A stretch of 64,000 nt of DNA from an uncultured Phycisphaeraceae bacterium (GTDB lineage Bacteria > Planctomycetota > Phycisphaerae > WQYP01), in the NCBI GenBank assembly GCA_964610975.1, contig CAZSYN010000007.1, positions 26,150 to 90,149 of the forward strand, written 5' to 3'. The position numbers and the translations under genes were made by a program. The first letter of the stretch is position 1. Every line of letters starts with the position of its first letter. The notes under the pieces were generated by a model, which saw only the letters and a program-made list of their open reading frames with translations, made no database searches and had not been told where the DNA came from. Below, piece after piece: positions 20,491 through 31,174 of the stretch.

Positions 20491-20551
20491 TATCTTTTTC
20501 CCTGTCTGCTATACCACAGCAGGTACTTTAACAACTCACCTCAAGGCTTCC

Positions 20552-21397
20552 TCATGGAATCAGGACGAGTGATTTTACCGCCCATGTTGCAATAACCAAA
20601 TCCACTATGAAATGACAAAAACAGACGCTTATAAAACCTCCGGTTCGATAACGGATGATGCCCATTAAAAGACCGAATACTCCCGCCGCTAGCATGCCGC
20701 TAGTTCCAGCTGGCACCCCATGGTTGTGTATTGCCCCAAAAGCTGTGGCCTGAGCAATGCACGCCGCAGACCGCCCAATTTCAACTTCAAAGGCATCCAT
20801 CATGATGCCACGAAACACTACCTCTTCCATGATTGCATTACCTGCTGCAAACACAAAAGAGCCGAATAATAATACAAACGGATGTATAGTTTCCAACCAA
20901 CCGGGAAGATTTGGTATTTTCCAATGCACCAAGATTAATACACATAAAGCCGATACTATTGCAATGCCTGCTGTCAGCATCCCTATCTGCCATGTGATCC
21001 GTCCCATCCTCAGCCAGCCTGGTCGACACTTAGCACCCAAGCCAAGCCAACGGAACAACACGAAATAGACAATAGTTGCTATAGTAAAAACAAGTTTGGC
21101 ATTCCAAATACCTAAGCTGAATAATAGATAAACTGTTCCTATCCAAGCAGCAAAAACAGTAGCGCCACGGCTGCCCACAGACCATCCGAAAACACTTAAC
21201 ACACCCGCAACCATAACCACAAACGGCAGATGATCGCGACTCAGGGTAAGCCATCCAAAAATGAAAGCTACATAAAGTATGACATCGATGCAGCACTTGA
21301 CCACGCATATCCATTTTTTCTGCTTGGATACAATATGGACCGGCGCTGCAACTTCGTCAGCTTCTACGACAATGTCATTTTTAAGGTCAGTTACCAC
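20552..21397 (-). CDS. CPBP-family intramembrane metalloprotease (CAAX protease / Abi-like)
   Basis: Polytopic membrane protein with motifs 'EEVVFRG' and 'FGAIHNH'. Confidence 0.75.
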   Translation of the reverse strand: MVTDLKNDIVVEADEVAAPVHIVSKQKKWICVVKCCIDVILYVAFIFGWLTLSRDHLPFVVMVAGVLSVFGWSVGSRGATVFAAWIGTVYLLFSLGIWNAKLVFTIATIVYFVLFRWLGLGAKCRPGWLRMGRITWQIGMLTAGIAIVSALCVLILVHWKIPNLPGWLETIHPFVLLFGSFVFAAGNAIMEEVVFRGIMMDAFEVEIGRSAACIAQATAFGAIHNHGVPAGTSGMLAAGVFGLLMGIIRYRTGGFISVCFCHFIVDLVIATWAVKSLVLIP

Positions 21398-21621
21398 AAT
21401 TCAGTTTTACTATCGTTAAATATCTATAGCATTTCTCAAATAAAGTATTGTTCATGATAAGCAATAGTGCCTTCTGAGCTAAATGGCATATCAACATATA
21501 GCTGTTTTCTATGAAACTTTATAAGCACCGATTCGAAATATAATTAACACTAGTAGCATTCTATTGTTTTCCCATAAATATCAAATCGGAAGATTCAATT
21601 CTACTTGTTGTGCGCCGATTA

Positions 21622-22644
21622 TTATTCGTTATCAATTGCCCACGCGGTGTTTTTCCCGTCTCCTTTATATTGATCAAGAACCGGGGACTCCACACCTGAA
21701 ATCAAATCCTGCATGTATATCGCGTTCGACCTATAATAGCACAAAAATCGCCCACTGTGAGATATTCTCGGCCACCACCCCTTTGCAATAAATTTTGGAG
21801 GTTCCTGTGGCTGAGCAATTTTTATAGCGTAAATGCCCCCTTTAACAACATATGCAACATTCTGTTTCACATCAATTGCAGTGCATAACCCTGCACCAAA
21901 TCGAATAGGCGTATCATTTCCGCTCACATCAACTTCATACAACATTGAACCAAGCTCATTTTTATATGCAGCTTCAAAATAGATTTTGCGCCCGTCATTG
22001 AACCATAATGGCATCTCACGCGCTGGTCCCCCAAACCGTGTGGCGTTACTTGGACCAGCTAATTGCTTTGACTGCCCACTAGTAACATTGACAATGCGGA
22101 GGCATATGTCACCTGTTAAGTTCGCTGCATAAAATGCAATCCACTTTCCATCGGGCGACCATGCAGGAGATAGCAGTATTTCTTTTTGTTCAAAAAGAGA
22201 TCGCGTTTGATTCTTTTTTATGTCTAGTACCCGAAGGGAATAAAGGTCGTTCTCTTTTTGAATAAATGCTATCGTGTCATCATAACAATCCATGCTCGTT
22301 TCACTATTGATTTGCGGAAAATGAATGAGATCGATAGTTGTAACATTCAAGCGCCCACGCTTTGTTGTACTAATTGCCTGTTCGCCGTGTTTATCCGTTT
22401 TGAGAAGAATAACGCACTTTCCACTCGACACCGTAAAGTTGCACACGATCTCATCCGGTCTCGATATTGGAATAGTTTGTATTTGGCCACGATCAAAAGT
22501 AGCTTGGTAGACTTTCGCATCATGCATATAAACAAACACATCGGCTAATGGACCGTCAGGACGAGTATCACCTCTGCATTGCATACAGATATTTATATTT
22601 AGAGCAATGAACAAAATAAATAAAATGCGATATGGCATTGGCAT
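21622..22644 (-). CDS. Secreted TolB-like / PD40 beta-propeller protein
   Basis: Signal peptide plus repeats such as 'SPDGKWIAFY'. Confidence 0.55.
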   Translation of the reverse strand: MPMPYRILFILFIALNINICMQCRGDTRPDGPLADVFVYMHDAKVYQATFDRGQIQTIPISRPDEIVCNFTVSSGKCVILLKTDKHGEQAISTTKRGRLNVTTIDLIHFPQINSETSMDCYDDTIAFIQKENDLYSLRVLDIKKNQTRSLFEQKEILLSPAWSPDGKWIAFYAANLTGDICLRIVNVTSGQSKQLAGPSNATRFGGPAREMPLWFNDGRKIYFEAAYKNELGSMLYEVDVSGNDTPIRFGAGLCTAIDVKQNVAYVVKGGIYAIKIAQPQEPPKFIAKGWWPRISHSGRFLCYYRSNAIYMQDLISGVESPVLDQYKGDGKNTAWAIDNE

Positions 22645-22674
22645 AAACTATCCTTACGCTATTTGATAAATAAT

Positions 22675-23067
22675 TCACGGCCGTTTAAACACCTTAACAG
22701 TCATTGGTTGGAATGCGGCGTTGCAGTTATCAGCCCACCGTCCAGCACTGGATTCAGCCCATTTATAAGACTCGTCTGCTCCTGGAACTCCACCGTGCGT
22801 TGCAGTTACCGGCTCATTGTTTGCCCCATACGTCGTACTGCCTGACCAGACAGTTTGCGAATGCGCAAGAGTCCCATCGTTTGTGTAATAAACCACAATA
22901 TTTCCTCGTGCACACGCATCTTGTATTTTTTTTATTTTTGTTGCATCCATTGGTAGTTGAACCTCAGCAAGCACATTCCAACCTCCAGGGATTGAACCAG
23001 ATGATCCACTTCCTGAACCATCATATAGATGGTTTGTTGATCCGTGGCAGTTCCAAGTACCTGACAT
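22675..23067 (-). CDS. Hypothetical protein, possibly the 3' half of a frameshifted gene with 23098..23586
   Basis: Only a 30-bp gap separates it from the upstream ORF, and there is no signal peptide or RBS of its own. Confidence 0.3.
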   Translation of the reverse strand: MSGTWNCHGSTNHLYDGSGSGSSGSIPGGWNVLAEVQLPMDATKIKKIQDACARGNIVVYYTNDGTLAHSQTVWSGSTTYGANNEPVTATHGGVPGADESYKWAESSAGRWADNCNAAFQPMTVKVFKRP

Positions 23068-23097
23068 AGTGACCGTAATACCACATTTTGTGAAAGT

Positions 23098-23586
23098 TCA
23101 ATTGTCTTTGCATGAAATTCCGACTCCAAAATTATCACGGTCTCGACTCAAATGATCTTGGTAAATGACAATTTTTCTTTTATCGGGAGTCCCGGCCACT
23201 GCTGCAGGGCTGCCTGTCTCGGCGCTGAGTGTGACAAATCCCTCGCCTGATGTAGCGGGTGCGGTGTGAGTTGGATTGAGTGTATCAGCGCTAGCGAGTG
23301 TGCCCACTGCAGCGTCCATTTCCCACTTGGGAGTATAATTGCCACTCTTGGCGCTTATTTCGCCTTTAACTGTAAGTACATATGGTCCTGGCGATCCGGT
23401 GGTTACTCCTTGAAAATCAAAACGCGATTTTGATGAATCCCAGGAAGATTGTATATCAGCGGCGCTTAATGCAGACCCTGTGGGTTTTACGCCATCAGAC
23501 GATCCTTTCGGATTTGTGATTTTTATCGTCAAAGCTTGCCCTGTATTCGATCCTGCAGCTGGCTGACGGCCATTTTTCCAGGACAA
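23098..23586 (-). CDS. Hypothetical protein (Ser/Thr/Gly-rich)
   Basis: Called from the ORF only. It follows directly after the upstream propeller gene. Confidence 0.35.
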   Translation of the reverse strand: MSWKNGRQPAAGSNTGQALTIKITNPKGSSDGVKPTGSALSAADIQSSWDSSKSRFDFQGVTTGSPGPYVLTVKGEISAKSGNYTPKWEMDAAVGTLASADTLNPTHTAPATSGEGFVTLSAETGSPAAVAGTPDKRKIVIYQDHLSRDRDNFGVGISCKDN

Positions 23587-23604
23587 GAGTTTTTGTATAG
23601 GACG

Positions 23605-24747
23605 CTATTTGTCTTCTATTGGTTGCATATCAATCTCTGTTATGGCTTTTCCATTTGTTGTATTTATCACTCGAACAGTATTAGAGGCCCTTTTGGCTTC
23701 GACTGTATTAGAAACCGCTGCTTCCGGCGTTTGTTTGCCGTTCGCGATTATCTTTGGAAGAATAAAAAGCATCTGTCCGTTAGGTGAAAATAAGCAATCC
23801 TGCTGATTATCGATGTGTATCGATTGTACAATACCCTCCTGCGGCCAATTATAGAACACTAGCTGTCCGCCTAAGATAGCGGCTTGGCGAGAACAGTCAT
23901 TAGAAATTGCCACTAATTGTCCGACGTCCGTGAAACGCTTTTGCCAGATAACTGTGCCTAGATTCTTTAAAATGCCGTATATTATTCCGCGTTTTTCATC
24001 TGAGACGACTAAGATCTGCTTTTCTGCCGAAAGCACTTCAGGTAAAGGTATCGACCATTCGCCACCTACCATAGAGGGTAATTGCCATAACTCTTTTTTT
24101 TCTGGTGAACAGGCCATGATTGATTTGGGTGTTATTTTTATGGTTCCACTTCCATCAGTTATTACTCCTACCATCGGACGCAATATTAGCGGCTCACGCT
24201 TTTCTTCTTCATCCAGAACATCGGCTTGCCAAATTTCTTTTCCTGTCGCAACGTCTATCGCATTTATTTTACCCGTTTGAACTTCTTGATAGAAGAAAAG
24301 CTTTCCGACTGGGCTAATACCCAGACTGTTTACCAAGCCAGATTTCAGTACAACTTCAATAAAAGCCTTTTTTGTATCAACGGGAATTAATCGAAGTTTA
24401 AATCTTCCTGAGACGAATTGAACTACAGCAATCTGCGATTCATTACTTGGAACGGTGAGCATCTGGATATTATAGAGCTCGTCTGAAATTAACCTTCTTG
24501 AAAACCCTATTTGTGGTGCTGCGACTGATCTTATCTCAAGATTACCTGACGCAAAGTACGCCGCAATATTCGTGTCATTACCAACCCATCGTATAATCTG
24601 GCTGGCAGAGTATGTTAGTGAAGGCGACTCATGCTTTGCAATAACCTCGGGAGAGATAGCTATCGAAAAAAACAGAGCTACCACTGAAAGCATTTTTAGC
24701 GTGTAATTCTTTATCATGGGTTTCCAATATCGCATTATATTCTGCAT
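23605..24747 (-). CDS. Secreted PQQ-like / WD40-like beta-propeller protein
   Basis: Signal peptide 'MLSVVALFFSIAISPEVIA' followed by repeated propeller-blade-like segments. Confidence 0.5.
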   Translation of the reverse strand: MQNIMRYWKPMIKNYTLKMLSVVALFFSIAISPEVIAKHESPSLTYSASQIIRWVGNDTNIAAYFASGNLEIRSVAAPQIGFSRRLISDELYNIQMLTVPSNESQIAVVQFVSGRFKLRLIPVDTKKAFIEVVLKSGLVNSLGISPVGKLFFYQEVQTGKINAIDVATGKEIWQADVLDEEEKREPLILRPMVGVITDGSGTIKITPKSIMACSPEKKELWQLPSMVGGEWSIPLPEVLSAEKQILVVSDEKRGIIYGILKNLGTVIWQKRFTDVGQLVAISNDCSRQAAILGGQLVFYNWPQEGIVQSIHIDNQQDCLFSPNGQMLFILPKIIANGKQTPEAAVSNTVEAKRASNTVRVINTTNGKAITEIDMQPIEDK

Positions 24748-24772
24748 TGCTAAACCATCGCTTATTCGGCAA

Positions 24773-25525
24773 TCAAGGTCCTTTCATAGTCGCAGCAGAT
24801 TGGGTAGTGGCACTTTGTGTGGCGGCTGCAACTGCTATTTTTCCTTCTCTTGAAAGAAGATTTTGATATTCATTGATCAAATACGCTTTAAGCTCTGTCG
24901 CGGTTGTTATTTTCTTATTTATAACTTCAGTTACAGCAGCATGTAGTATGTTGGTAACACTATCGATATGTTCAATACGAGCATTAAGATTATTATCGTT
25001 AACACCCGCAATATGAAGCAACCTTTCACCATCAATCCGCCATTTGTTATCTTTTTTAGAAAAATAAATGGGCTCATGAATTCGCAAATTCGGAATAAAT
25101 TTGGCGGGCTGTAACACCGCAATATTCCCATTTATCTTCAAATCGAAATCACCTTCGTGTGTCAGTATAACCTCAATTTGATCTTCAATTGGCAATATAA
25201 AAACGAGACCCGACAAAATCTTTGCCTCTTCACCAAATTGTTGCTCGGCTATACGATTTAATGCCCGCCGAGCGATAACCATGTCGCATGATTGCTCAAG
25301 GAATTTATGGGGTGGGCCTTGCGATTCTGCGAAAATTTTAATTAGTGCATTTTTATTTTGACTTTCAATAGCAGCTTTCCACTCTTTTAACAGGGCTCTA
25401 ATAAGTCGAATATCAGAATCTTGCTCAGAAGTAGTCTGAGCGCCTAATTGAATAACAAGCGTCAATACAAGTATGATGGTTAACCAACATTGAATTCTTT
25501 TTGTAAAAATCATCAGATAATCCAA
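24773..25525 (-). CDS. Hypothetical secreted protein
   Basis: Signal peptide. Its stop abuts the start of the next gene, consistent with an operon. Confidence 0.5.
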   Translation of the reverse strand: MDYLMIFTKRIQCWLTIILVLTLVIQLGAQTTSEQDSDIRLIRALLKEWKAAIESQNKNALIKIFAESQGPPHKFLEQSCDMVIARRALNRIAEQQFGEEAKILSGLVFILPIEDQIEVILTHEGDFDLKINGNIAVLQPAKFIPNLRIHEPIYFSKKDNKWRIDGERLLHIAGVNDNNLNARIEHIDSVTNILHAAVTEVINKKITTATELKAYLINEYQNLLSREGKIAVAAATQSATTQSAATMKGP

Positions 25526-27040
25526 TTAATCTTGTACCCAATGAAGAACATCATTACCACCATTTTGTGTCCAAATCGGGAAATCGTGGCTTGCTGCTAA
25601 TGGATCACTTCCCTGATTCAAGGTACCAGCTACCGGCACCCATCCAGAAGGATCAGAGGTATCAGGGCGCCATCCTTGAGCACTCCACCACCAACTACCC
25701 TTAGCGACCGGTACATAGATGGAATTTGTTTCTCCGGGGTTATAGAGTACGTAAAAATTGAAAGACATCACATCAGTAAAGCGGTAATCGTAACTTCCTC
25801 TAGTAAAAGCATCTCCGGGGCTATCGCTAAAGTACTCAATATTATCATATGGAAATGTGGTATCCAAGCCAGAATTGGGTTCTAGGTGTTCAGTCCAGTC
25901 ACCCAGCCATCCGCTATGCACGCAAGTCGTAATCTCTGATTGAATCAGTTGCACCCAACAATAGGATCCGGTGCTGGCAAACGGTGCGGGCGTGGTCGCA
26001 CCATGTCGAGCATAAATGCCAACAATTGTAGCAAACGGATAGGGAACGCCCAATGCTGGTGGCAACCGATTTGCAAGCCCTATATAACTTCCGGCAATAT
26101 TATATGTGCCACTTGTGCTGAATCTTTTGTAATCTACATGAGCAACGTCCAATACTTGCGAAAAAGGATTGCACGAAGGCTCTTTTACATTACAAGTTGT
26201 TTTAGCTTTCAACGATTTGCTACTAACGGTGGCATCAACAGTTAATGCGCGACCATCTTGTCCATCCACCCAATAGTAGGTTACGGACTGTTTTTGCAGA
26301 TCGCTCTGAGACAGCTTTACGACGGACGCCGAAGTGGCGGCTGATGAAGTCGAATAAATAATTTTGTAGTCACGAACATAGGTTCCTGGAATTGACCAAG
26401 AATATGTTGGCGTTAAATCCGAAGGTAGCACCACGGCAGTATAATTCATTTGACGGCCGATAATTTCATCACTTGTCTTGTCTGTTGCTAAAGTAGTGGC
26501 ACGGTAGATATCTAATTTAACAACCGTAACTTTGCCGGTTTTGGCGTCGGCTGCACCACCCCAAGATGCATTGGGGTCATTTGGTTTCTTCTTATCAACC
26601 CAGCCAAGCGAGCCTGAAACGGTAAATGTCCAATATCCTGGCGTTTTAAGCAAACAACGAATAGATGCCGACGAATTTTCGGTCGAAATGGAGGCTTGCA
26701 TGTTGTTATCTTGAAATCCGATCTTGTCATCAACACCTGGCGCATGTGGTGTTCCATTTTTGGTATCTGCGACCACCGCGCTGACAGAAAATGTCCACGA
26801 CTTTTTTAGATCTGCTTCTTTATCTGGTTTTGGATCGCTTGGTGATGGCTCTGTGTCACCACTCACCTGAAAGCTAAAACCTTTACCGCTTTCCTGTGGT
26901 TCCGTAGGCAAATTGCTTAAAGAGATTGCAGGGGTTCCATCTAATGAGCCGGCATAGGCCATTGGCAAGCAAAACACAAAACCAAGCAGTAAAAATTGTT
27001 TAATTATGGTTTGCTTTATGTGTCGCAACTGGTAGTACAT
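25526..27040 (-). CDS. Hypothetical secreted protein (504 aa)
   Basis: Signal peptide 'LLGFVFCLPMAYAGS'. Its stop abuts the neighbouring gene start. Confidence 0.5.
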   Translation of the reverse strand: MYYQLRHIKQTIIKQFLLLGFVFCLPMAYAGSLDGTPAISLSNLPTEPQESGKGFSFQVSGDTEPSPSDPKPDKEADLKKSWTFSVSAVVADTKNGTPHAPGVDDKIGFQDNNMQASISTENSSASIRCLLKTPGYWTFTVSGSLGWVDKKKPNDPNASWGGAADAKTGKVTVVKLDIYRATTLATDKTSDEIIGRQMNYTAVVLPSDLTPTYSWSIPGTYVRDYKIIYSTSSAATSASVVKLSQSDLQKQSVTYYWVDGQDGRALTVDATVSSKSLKAKTTCNVKEPSCNPFSQVLDVAHVDYKRFSTSGTYNIAGSYIGLANRLPPALGVPYPFATIVGIYARHGATTPAPFASTGSYCWVQLIQSEITTCVHSGWLGDWTEHLEPNSGLDTTFPYDNIEYFSDSPGDAFTRGSYDYRFTDVMSFNFYVLYNPGETNSIYVPVAKGSWWWSAQGWRPDTSDPSGWVPVAGTLNQGSDPLAASHDFPIWTQNGGNDVLHWVQD

Positions 27041-29596
27041 TTAATTCTCCTTTGCGGTTGATTTTAAGTTATCATTTAGCTGAGAGTCTCTTCGCTGTCT
27101 CAAAATCTGAATCCATTTTTCACGAAATTGACGATCATCATCATTGAATATTCCGAGCTCTGCTCGAAAATGACCAAGAGATTGCTCATTAACCTTGGCA
27201 GCAAAGGCGTGACGATAAATCAGCGTTTTCAGGTAGCGTGCATTATTCGGCTGATATCTTAATTCTGCTGATCTTGCCGTTTCTAAAGAATTATTAAAAT
27301 ACTCTTGCAAAGCTGGCAAGGAAGACATTTGATTGAAAATCGCACTCGTTGGGATACCAAGGTCAGCTATGCAACTTGGGGTAACATCCTCAAGGTTCGT
27401 GCGGGGCCCAGAGATTTTATCTAACAATATGGCCGAGCAAATTGTATTGAAGGAATAGTTCCTTTCAATAGCGACAAGATATTTGCAGGGTCCCTCGACC
27501 AAGAATGTTTTGTACACACCGCCCCAAAAATCTCGAATCCGCGTACTCGCCAGCATTGGCGAATTCGGCATTACACCGTACGTTGATGGCAGCGAAGGGT
27601 AAATTCGAAGCATATAATCGCGCCAGCGATTTGCGGAGTTATGACCGTCCTTGTTCATAAAATACAATGAGAGACGGTGCGTCCCGGCCGGAACATCAAC
27701 ATCAATCCAAATATCGGGTCCCTGCACTGACATCCTGTAGGTTTCGCCGTGATCGTCAATTTCCGCTTGTCTTCGAGTTCCATCTTTTGGATCAATCATA
27801 CAACGTGGGTTCGTAGTGCTTTCCCAATGTAGCCACCGCCGAAGGGTGTCGTGATCTCGAAAAGCGGGGCTTATTTCCGCACGCACTTTATAAAAGGCTT
27901 CACCGCGGCCAACATAATGGTCCCAAGGCCACCCAGCACCGAACAGAACGGTATCGTCTAGACCATAGCGGCCAAGCCAATCTCCTTGAGTGCACCAGTC
28001 TTCTTTGTAATAAACTGCCCGAGGTCTGGCTGCAGGTATTGGTTTTCTGACTAATTGTCCGTTTTGTTCGACAAGAATTGGTGTAATATATTGCAATGTA
28101 CGGTCCCATACTCTATGGCCATACTCCGCTTCTTTACCAATCCTATCTTGTAAATATTTTGCAGTAGCAGTTAGGTCATCTGCACTTGGTATCTCTGCCA
28201 CGCTTGGCATCGATGGCAAACTAGAATAGTTATTAGTGGGACCTGATTGTTGTATTTTCGCCAATCCAAATTTTGAAACATATGCCGCTCGTTGTCGGCT
28301 GGGCATCTTCTTTGCAAATTGTACCAACTTACCGCCGTAACGCGCGATGAGTGGCTGCTTATCTGGTAATGGTTGAATCGCGGAAATGTAGCCATCCACT
28401 AATGTCATCCGCTCATCTTCCATGCTACGATATTTCGCGTTAGTGATGGGATCTATGACTTCATAGCCCTTCTGGCGGTAGGTCACCCATACGTAGCCAT
28501 TCTGGTCTGCTGCGATACCCGTGATATAGTCTTCCAAAAGTAAATCGGCAAGTTGTTCCTTGGTCGGTTCTTTCCAGTTTTTGGGCGGTCCTCCCCAAAG
28601 CCCCTTGACCTTGGCAGCATAATCTTTACCACGAATATAGTTCCATGTACTTCCGCCATCCCGACTGAAGGCGATACCTGTAGTTGTACCTACGCAAATA
28701 TTTCCATTGGGAAGAATCGTAATGCAGTTGATAAGATTGGTCGGCAGCCCTCGGCCAGTGGGTGCGGTGGGCATCTGGTCAGGTCCTCTGACGGTCCGCC
28801 AAATCTTGTAATCGCCCAAAGGAGTGCTGATCGCCAGACCATCACACTGGGTGCCGACGAATAGCGTTCCCTTTTTGTCAAACGCCAGAGCCTGGATTTG
28901 ATCCGAAGGCAAGCCATCCGCGCGGGTGTAATATGTCCAAGTGTATTTGCTGATCGAATAGCGGGAAAGCCCGGCATCGGTGGCGATCCAGACGTCGCCA
29001 TCCACCGGCGATGTAGTCATGGCAAAGACGCGCGGCCCGAGTGGACCAGTGACAACGTCGTAATTCTGCCATTTTTCACCATTAAAGACGCTCACGCCAT
29101 GATTGAGATGGCCGACCCATACACGGCCAAGATAATCACAAGTGATAGCGTACGCATAATTGTCAGCCAAGCCGTCGGCAACAGTGTATTGCGTCCACGT
29201 TTCCTTGCCGTCCGTGCCAACCTGATAATAGTAAACCCCGCTGTCCTCGGTACCGACCCACACGCCACCGGTGTAATTATATTGATTGGGTTTATCGCTC
29301 CGGTCACGATCCAGAGCGAGCCCCACAATAAACTGGGCCGGGCATTGCAGGGTGGTTTCCACTTCGGCACGCTGCTTTTCCAGCTCTTCACGTTCTTCGG
29401 GAGTGAGATCTGAGAGTTTTTTGTTGGCGGGTTTTGTGGAGGCAGTTGAGGACGACGAAGAAGCGGAACCAGCATTTTTTGAGGGGTTTGTTTTATTTGA
29501 AGTTGGTTTGGAGGTTTGATTTTGCGAATACACGTTGGCATTGGCAAGCCAAAGCATGCTCAAGGTAAGGGCAGCAATGATGCACGGACTACGCAC
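27041..29596 (-). CDS. Large secreted protein with two-component-regulator-propeller (Reg_prop / Y_Y_Y-like) repeats
   Basis: Signal peptide plus repeats such as 'YYYQVGTDGKETWTQYTVADGLADNYAYAITCDYLGRVWVG'. Confidence 0.55.
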   Translation of the reverse strand: MRSPCIIAALTLSMLWLANANVYSQNQTSKPTSNKTNPSKNAGSASSSSSTASTKPANKKLSDLTPEEREELEKQRAEVETTLQCPAQFIVGLALDRDRSDKPNQYNYTGGVWVGTEDSGVYYYQVGTDGKETWTQYTVADGLADNYAYAITCDYLGRVWVGHLNHGVSVFNGEKWQNYDVVTGPLGPRVFAMTTSPVDGDVWIATDAGLSRYSISKYTWTYYTRADGLPSDQIQALAFDKKGTLFVGTQCDGLAISTPLGDYKIWRTVRGPDQMPTAPTGRGLPTNLINCITILPNGNICVGTTTGIAFSRDGGSTWNYIRGKDYAAKVKGLWGGPPKNWKEPTKEQLADLLLEDYITGIAADQNGYVWVTYRQKGYEVIDPITNAKYRSMEDERMTLVDGYISAIQPLPDKQPLIARYGGKLVQFAKKMPSRQRAAYVSKFGLAKIQQSGPTNNYSSLPSMPSVAEIPSADDLTATAKYLQDRIGKEAEYGHRVWDRTLQYITPILVEQNGQLVRKPIPAARPRAVYYKEDWCTQGDWLGRYGLDDTVLFGAGWPWDHYVGRGEAFYKVRAEISPAFRDHDTLRRWLHWESTTNPRCMIDPKDGTRRQAEIDDHGETYRMSVQGPDIWIDVDVPAGTHRLSLYFMNKDGHNSANRWRDYMLRIYPSLPSTYGVMPNSPMLASTRIRDFWGGVYKTFLVEGPCKYLVAIERNYSFNTICSAILLDKISGPRTNLEDVTPSCIADLGIPTSAIFNQMSSLPALQEYFNNSLETARSAELRYQPNNARYLKTLIYRHAFAAKVNEQSLGHFRAELGIFNDDDRQFREKWIQILRQRRDSQLNDNLKSTAKEN

Positions 29597-29969
29597 GGGA
29601 CACTTCCGTTAGCCTGCATTAAACAGCAGGCTTAGCAAAGGAGACAAACAAAGGGGCTAAAACGCGAAGAAATCCAACGCAATTTATATGAAAGCGGAAT
29701 CGCCTACGAATTGATTCCGAAGTTGCCAAAAACTCAGTTGCTGAGCTGTGAAAATACTCCTTCCCTAAAAAAGGTCAAGAGAAAAATAATCGAATTTACA
29801 AAGATCAAATAGGTTGACGGATACTGAAAAATCGTATCACTTACGAGCCAAATAGCATTTTACCCAAACTCATCACCCTGTTTGAAAAAAGAGAAATCCT
29901 GGAAAATTATCTCTGTTCGTACATCTATCTATTGAGGAAGAGAGGTTCCGGTAAGTAAGGAGAAGAGTT

Positions 29970-30191
29970 ATGAAGACCATGAATTGCACAGATGTCCGGG
30001 AAATGATCGCCGACCATGTGGCCGACCACCGCAATAATAAATGGAATGCCAATATTTGTTCCCACATACAACACTGTCGAACCTGCCGAACCTTTGCAGA
30101 AGACTGCGCCAGAATTATATCGATTCTTGATTCTGAATCAGAACTTGATGATGCGGAAAATGCATGGACTCAGAAGCTGCCCACAGAGTAG
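29970..30191 (+). CDS. Putative zf-HC2 anti-sigma-factor-like small protein
   Basis: 'MNCTDVREMIADHV...HIQHCRTCR' matches the C..vre.l..yvd......H...C..C pattern. It has no TM segment and no adjacent sigma gene. Confidence 0.4.
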   Translation: MKTMNCTDVREMIADHVADHRNNKWNANICSHIQHCRTCRTFAEDCARIISILDSESELDDAENAWTQKLPTE

Positions 30192-30204
30192 ACTTTGAGG
30201 CAAT

Positions 30205-31041
30205 ATGATGAAACTCAGTGAGCGCATCAAGCTTCTCCACGGCCCATACCGTTCGCCCCGCGTTCGTCGCGGCGACGTAATGTTTTGCGAAATACGCGGT
30301 TCCGTCCGGGTCACCAGCTTTACCAACGGTCCCATTCCTTGGCCACGTGCCTTGATTCTTGGCCACGGCCGCAGAGGGAAACCCGCCATGGTGATCTGCG
30401 GAGATCTGCTGCAGGCCATACGCACGGAATCCAATCTGGCCGTTCAGTATTGGTGGGGAGTTAAGGAATGCTGCGTGACGCGCTGGCGGAAAACTCTGGG
30501 CGTAGCAGAGTTCAATGAAGGATCCAAACGGTTGTGCGTTGCCAAAATGGAGGATATCAAGCCACCAGACTGGCGCGAGCGAATCGCGGCCAGAAGCCAT
30601 AAGCTGGAGTCTCATATCAAAGCATTAGCGACCCTGCGTGCCAATGGACGGCACAGGGGCAACCTGCGTCAGTGGAAGCCCGACGAAATCACACTGCTGG
30701 GGACCATGCCTGATCCTGCTCTGGCTATGATGTTGGGTTGCTCGGTTTACCTGATCGCCAAAAAACGTCAGGAGTTAGGCATTGCATCCTATCGCGGTTG
30801 GAAAGAGCGCAGAGGAGTCTATCGCGCCATTTCACGGACCAAATTGATTGCTCGCCGCTATGAATTGGGCCTTACCCGCGCCGAAGTGGCGCGCCGGATG
30901 GGCTGCAGCGGTACGCGTATCATGTATTTTGAAAATATCAGCCAGAGGGTCAGACCCGAAACGCTTACGCGGCTCGCACATGCGCTGGAATGTCCGCCCA
31001 GCAGGCTGGAAGAAGTCAAAAATAGCAGTGTTGATCGCTAA
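30205..31041 (+). CDS. HTH-domain regulator (C-terminal XRE-like HTH), probably prophage-borne
   Basis: 'LGLTRAEVARRMGCSGTRIMYFEN'. The GC content is phage-like. Confidence 0.4.
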   Translation: MMKLSERIKLLHGPYRSPRVRRGDVMFCEIRGSVRVTSFTNGPIPWPRALILGHGRRGKPAMVICGDLLQAIRTESNLAVQYWWGVKECCVTRWRKTLGVAEFNEGSKRLCVAKMEDIKPPDWRERIAARSHKLESHIKALATLRANGRHRGNLRQWKPDEITLLGTMPDPALAMMLGCSVYLIAKKRQELGIASYRGWKERRGVYRAISRTKLIARRYELGLTRAEVARRMGCSGTRIMYFENISQRVRPETLTRLAHALECPPSRLEEVKNSSVDR

Positions 31042-31174
31042 ATATTTCCCAACGATTGCCCCTGCATGATATATCGAGTTGCCTCATAGCCGTGAACATG
31101 GGCGATGGTATTGATATATAGATGTAATGATATTTGTATCTATTAATTCGATTTATGATGAATAGTTTGCATTC

